Assembly (NCBI GenBank): GCA_039586365.1
Contig: JBDHKN010000022.1
Span: forward strand, 1 to 50,143
Length of the DNA stretch: 50,143 nucleotides
Reading direction: 5' to 3'
Source: Gemmatimonadota bacterium
GTDB lineage: Bacteria; Gemmatimonadota; Gemmatimonadetes; Gemmatimonadales; GWC2-71-9
How positions within the stretch are numbered: the stretch's first letter is position 1; each line of letters opens with the position of its first letter. The notes beneath the pieces were generated by a model. That model ran no database searches. It had not been told where the DNA came from and saw nothing but the letters and a program-made list of their open reading frames with translations. The position numbers and the translations under genes were made by a program. Of this stretch, positions 46,840 through 50,143 are shown one piece after another.

Positions 46840-47144
46840 GGCACTCTCTGGAATCCGAAATCGGGTGGTGAGGCCTCAGACCCACTCCCGATTAGACGGC
46901 TTACTACGCTAGAAGGTTTCGACATGGAACCCGCAGAGCAACGTTCCGCGCGGTCACTCCGACGGTTCCCACTGCCGCAAGCAATGTAGCGGAGATCCGA
47001 AGAAATGGGTGCTGCGACGGGTTGTACCGACGCCAGAGCAGCAGCTCAAGGAGCGTGGTCGTGCGATCAAGACGAGTGCTGGGTATCATCCGTTGATGAC
47101 ACCACTCGCTTGGCTTCCAGCAACGGTGTTCCCATCTTTGCTGC

Positions 47145-47804
47145 ATGAGCAACCAGGACTTTCGCATCGCGGTCGAGTTCCACCCCCTCCTCAGGCCGGC
47201 GGCATTCACCTCCACCTTTCCCAGACCCCTAGGAGAGATTGAGACTCCGGCTTGGGTGATGGAGTTCCTGAAGCTGGACGCCGAAGCTCCGCTTCAGCGG
47301 GATGAATCCTTGCGATTGCGGGTCCGGGACATGCTCCGGCATTGGGGACACAAACCAGCTGGCCGGGGGAAACCCGCGTCAGAGTACCTGGTTCGGGCGG
47401 TCGGTCAGGGTGATCTGGGGAGTATCAACGTAGCCGTGGACATCTTGAACGTCGTTTCCCTCCACAGCGGCTTTTCCATCGCCCTGGTGGACCTGGACCT
47501 GGCTCGGCCTCCGTTTCGAGTGGCGCCGGGGCCGGAGGCAGGGCGTTACGTCTTCAACGCATCGGGGCAGGAGATGTCTTTGAAGGGGCTGATCTGCCTT
47601 TACGACGCTGCTGGCCCCTGCGGGAACCCTGTCAAGGACGCCCAGCGAGTCAAGACGCGCGAAGAGACCACCCGAACCCTCACGGTCGTATGGGGCGTAG
47701 CGGGCTTCGAGGAGCGGAGGGATGCAGCAGTGGACTGGTACCGGGAGCTCCTGGAGAGAGTGGCTGGGGAGGTCAAGCCCGTCACCGTAGTCAACACTCG
47801 ATGA
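47145..47804 (+). CDS. B3/B4-domain protein (PheRS beta-subunit editing-like, stand-alone)
   Basis: VRDMLRHWGHKPAGRGKPASEYL, SINVAVDILNVVSLHSGFSI..VDLD and GPCGNPVKD are typical of stand-alone B3/4 proteins. Confidence 0.85.
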   Translation: MSNQDFRIAVEFHPLLRPAAFTSTFPRPLGEIETPAWVMEFLKLDAEAPLQRDESLRLRVRDMLRHWGHKPAGRGKPASEYLVRAVGQGDLGSINVAVDILNVVSLHSGFSIALVDLDLARPPFRVAPGPEAGRYVFNASGQEMSLKGLICLYDAAGPCGNPVKDAQRVKTREETTRTLTVVWGVAGFEERRDAAVDWYRELLERVAGEVKPVTVVNTR

Positions 47805-47934
47805 GATGGCTCTGTTGGAGGAGTGATGGCCGCGGCTCTCCCGGCAGGGATCGGCGGGTCACCGTCGTCCGACGTACACGCTTTCTTGGAAAGAACGATC
47901 ACGCCCCGGGAGACGCGGCTTAGATTCCTTCCCC

Positions 47935-49935
47935 ATGATAACCGTCTCCAACCTCGCCAAGTCGTTCGGTGACCGGACGCTGTTCGCGGGGGTGTCATTC
48001 CAGCTCAATGCCGGAGAACGGTACGGGCTGGTGGGCGCCAACGGCTCCGGCAAGACTACGCTGCTGCGGATTCTGAGCGGCGACCTGGAGGCAAGCGAAG
48101 GGACGGTCACGACTCCGAAGCGACTCCGGATAGGTGTGCTGCGGCAGGATCAGTTCGCCGCTAACGATCAAACAATCCTGTCCGTCGCATTGATGGGCAA
48201 CCCGGAGCTGTGGAACGCGATGGTTGAGAAGGAAGTACTGCTGGCTCAGACGGAGGGACACTTCGAGGCGGACAGGTTCTCCGAGCTGGAGGAGGCGGTG
48301 CTGCGCCTCGACGGATACACCGCCGAGGCGCGCGCCGCCAGCATCCTCGAAGGGCTCGGCCTCCCGGCATCGGTGCACCACGACCCGCTCTCCACCCTGT
48401 CCGGAGGCTTCCGGCTGCGGGTGCTACTTGCACAGGTGCTGGCGAGCGCACCCGACGTGCTGTTACTCGACGAACCGACCAACCACCTGGACATCCTCTC
48501 GATCCGCTGGTTCGAGACGTTCCTGCGGGACTTTGCTGGGCCGGTGGTCGCGATCTCACACGATCATCGCTTTCTCGACAACGTCTCAACGACCATCATG
48601 GACGTCGACTACGAGACGGTGCTCTCCTATCCTGGCAACTACACCGACTTCCTCGCCGCCAAGCACACCGAGCTGGAACGACGGATGAAGGACATCGCCG
48701 CCCGGGAACGCGAGATCGCGCACCACCAGAAATTCGTGGACAGGTTTCGGGCCAAGGCGAGCAAGGCGCGACAAGCTCAGAGCAAGGTGCGGATGATCGA
48801 GAAGAAGGCCGACGAGCTACAGGTGCTGCCACAGAGTTCGCGCCGGTACCCGCGGTTCCGGTTCGAGCAGCGGCGCGACAGCGGGCGCGAGGTGCTCGCC
48901 CTGAGAGGGGTGAAGAAAGCGTTCGGGGACAACGTGATCCTGGACGGGGTGGACCTCACGGTCAAGCGAGGTGATCGGCTCGCGATCATCGGACCCAACG
49001 GTGTCGGCAAGTCGACTCTCTTGAAGATCGTGATGGACCGCCTCGAGGCCGACGGAGGCGAGGTAGAGTGGGGATACGAGACCCATCCCGGCTACTTCGC
49101 GCAGGACCACCGGGAGCAGTTCGAGAACCCGACCGGCACAGCCGAGGAGTGGATCTGGAATTTCTGTGCGGACCGGGACTTGGGCTTCGTGCGCAGCCAA
49201 CTGGGATTGATGCTGTTCTCCGGCGAGGACGGCAAGAAGAAACTGAGCGCACTATCCGGTGGGGAGGTAACACGACTCGTATTCACTAGCCTCGGCATCG
49301 AGCAGCCCAACGTTTTCGTGCTGGACGAGCCTACGAATCACCTGGATCTCGAATCGATCGAGGCACTCGTCGAGGGGCTCAAGGCGTACCCGGGCACCAT
49401 CATCTTCGTATCTCACGATCGCTGGTTCGTCGGGCAGCTGGCCACACGGGTGCTGGAGATACGGTGGGATGGCATCAGAGATTACCCCGGCACGTACGAG
49501 GAGTACGTTCACGCCTGCGGGGACGACCATCTCGACGTCGACCGGGTGGTTCTCAAGGCAAAGAAAGAGAAGCAGCGAAAAGAAACGACGCAGCCGGCGA
49601 AACAAGCTAAGAACCGACGGTCCGAGGCCCGCAAGCTCGAGTCACAACTAAAGAAGTCGCGGCGGCGCCTCGAGGAGATCACCGCACGAATCGAGACCAC
49701 CGAGACTCGGCTCGTCGGGATCGACGAGGCCTTTTGCCAACCGAACTACTTCGAACAGACTCCGGCCCAAGAGCTGCACGCTCTGGAGCAGGAGCGAAAC
49801 AGCCTACAGAGTGAGCTCACCGACCTGATGACTGAGTGGGAACGACTTGAGGAGGACCTACAGAGTGAGCTCACCGACCTGATGACTGAGTGGGAACGAC
49901 TTGAGGAGGAAATAGCTTCGCGGGAGGCGAACTAA
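47935..49935 (+). CDS. ABC-F family ATP-binding protein (ribosome-associated)
   Basis: Two NBDs (GANGSGKT and GPNGVGKS; LSGG and LDEPTNHLD twice), linker YPGNY...FRAKASKARQAQS, no TM segment, C-terminal coiled coil. Confidence 0.95.
   Translation: MITVSNLAKSFGDRTLFAGVSFQLNAGERYGLVGANGSGKTTLLRILSGDLEASEGTVTTPKRLRIGVLRQDQFAANDQTILSVALMGNPELWNAMVEKEVLLAQTEGHFEADRFSELEEAVLRLDGYTAEARAASILEGLGLPASVHHDPLSTLSGGFRLRVLLAQVLASAPDVLLLDEPTNHLDILSIRWFETFLRDFAGPVVAISHDHRFLDNVSTTIMDVDYETVLSYPGNYTDFLAAKHTELERRMKDIAAREREIAHHQKFVDRFRAKASKARQAQSKVRMIEKKADELQVLPQSSRRYPRFRFEQRRDSGREVLALRGVKKAFGDNVILDGVDLTVKRGDRLAIIGPNGVGKSTLLKIVMDRLEADGGEVEWGYETHPGYFAQDHREQFENPTGTAEEWIWNFCADRDLGFVRSQLGLMLFSGEDGKKKLSALSGGEVTRLVFTSLGIEQPNVFVLDEPTNHLDLESIEALVEGLKAYPGTIIFVSHDRWFVGQLATRVLEIRWDGIRDYPGTYEEYVHACGDDHLDVDRVVLKAKKEKQRKETTQPAKQAKNRRSEARKLESQLKKSRRRLEEITARIETTETRLVGIDEAFCQPNYFEQTPAQELHALEQERNSLQSELTDLMTEWERLEEDLQSELTDLMTEWERLEEEIASREAN
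49803..49910 (+). repeat. Perfect 54-bp in-frame tandem duplication in the ABC-F C-terminus
   Basis: 49803-49856 is identical to 49857-49910. Protein reads LQSELTDLMTEWERLEE(D/E) twice. Confidence 0.95.
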
Positions 49936-50143
49936 CGCGGACGAGTGGGGAGTGACACCGAAGATTCGCGCGCGCCAACGGACGCGTCCCTCTCATGGCT
50001 CGACCTGCACAGCATCGGCTGGAGCCTTTTCGAATTCCACTGTGCACAGCACTCTTCAGCTTGTTGCTCTCTACGTGCACATTTGATTGCATGGGTGGAG
50101 TCCAATCGCACGGGTGACACCACTCCGAGCAAGCTCACCATCT

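Noticed and set aside
46840..47144. Structured ncRNA or riboswitch in intergenic gaps (also 10690-10930, 39570-39880, 49936-50143)
   Set aside because: Only short imperfect hairpins, with no recognisable tRNA or riboswitch consensus by eye. An Rfam/Infernal scan would be needed.

Overview
GC-rich bacterial chromosomal window. The kinase N-termini (e.g. VAIKVLRPDLAAALGPERFLREIEIAARL) and the PadR/orphan-permease pairs look like Gemmatimonadota or a related lineage; this is an inference, not a search result. About 28 real genes. Twelve encode exported or membrane hydrolases: peptidases C69, S9, four M14, M1 and CPBP, a beta-lactamase-fold serine hydrolase, a signal-peptide-bearing creatininase-family enzyme, and two paralogous alpha/beta-hydrolase lipoproteins. 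Mixed among them are three membrane Ser/Thr kinase-TPR proteins, two PadR + duplicated orphan ABC-permease (ADOP-type) pairs, a TonB-dependent receptor, a ChaN-like protein, a B3/4-domain protein and an ABC-F ATPase. I saw no rRNA, tRNA, CRISPR array or intact mobile element. Non-obvious features: (i) 7-bp (TGACGAN) and 10-bp (GGGCGGYAAA) tandem arrays that start at stop codons and place stops in all three frames; (ii) candidate operator palindromes upstream of both padR genes; (iii) a Shine-Dalgarno-like sequence plus ATG inside both permeases, at the prefix/core boundary; (iv) several gene fossils (a synonymously diverged copy of an M14 C-terminus, sulfotransferase, PIN toxin, possible group II intron RT); (v) a perfect 54-bp tandem duplication in the ABC-F gene. 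The best candidate for an undescribed system is a peptide foraging/sensing neighbourhood built from PadR-orphan permease and kinase-TPR modules; this is a hypothesis.
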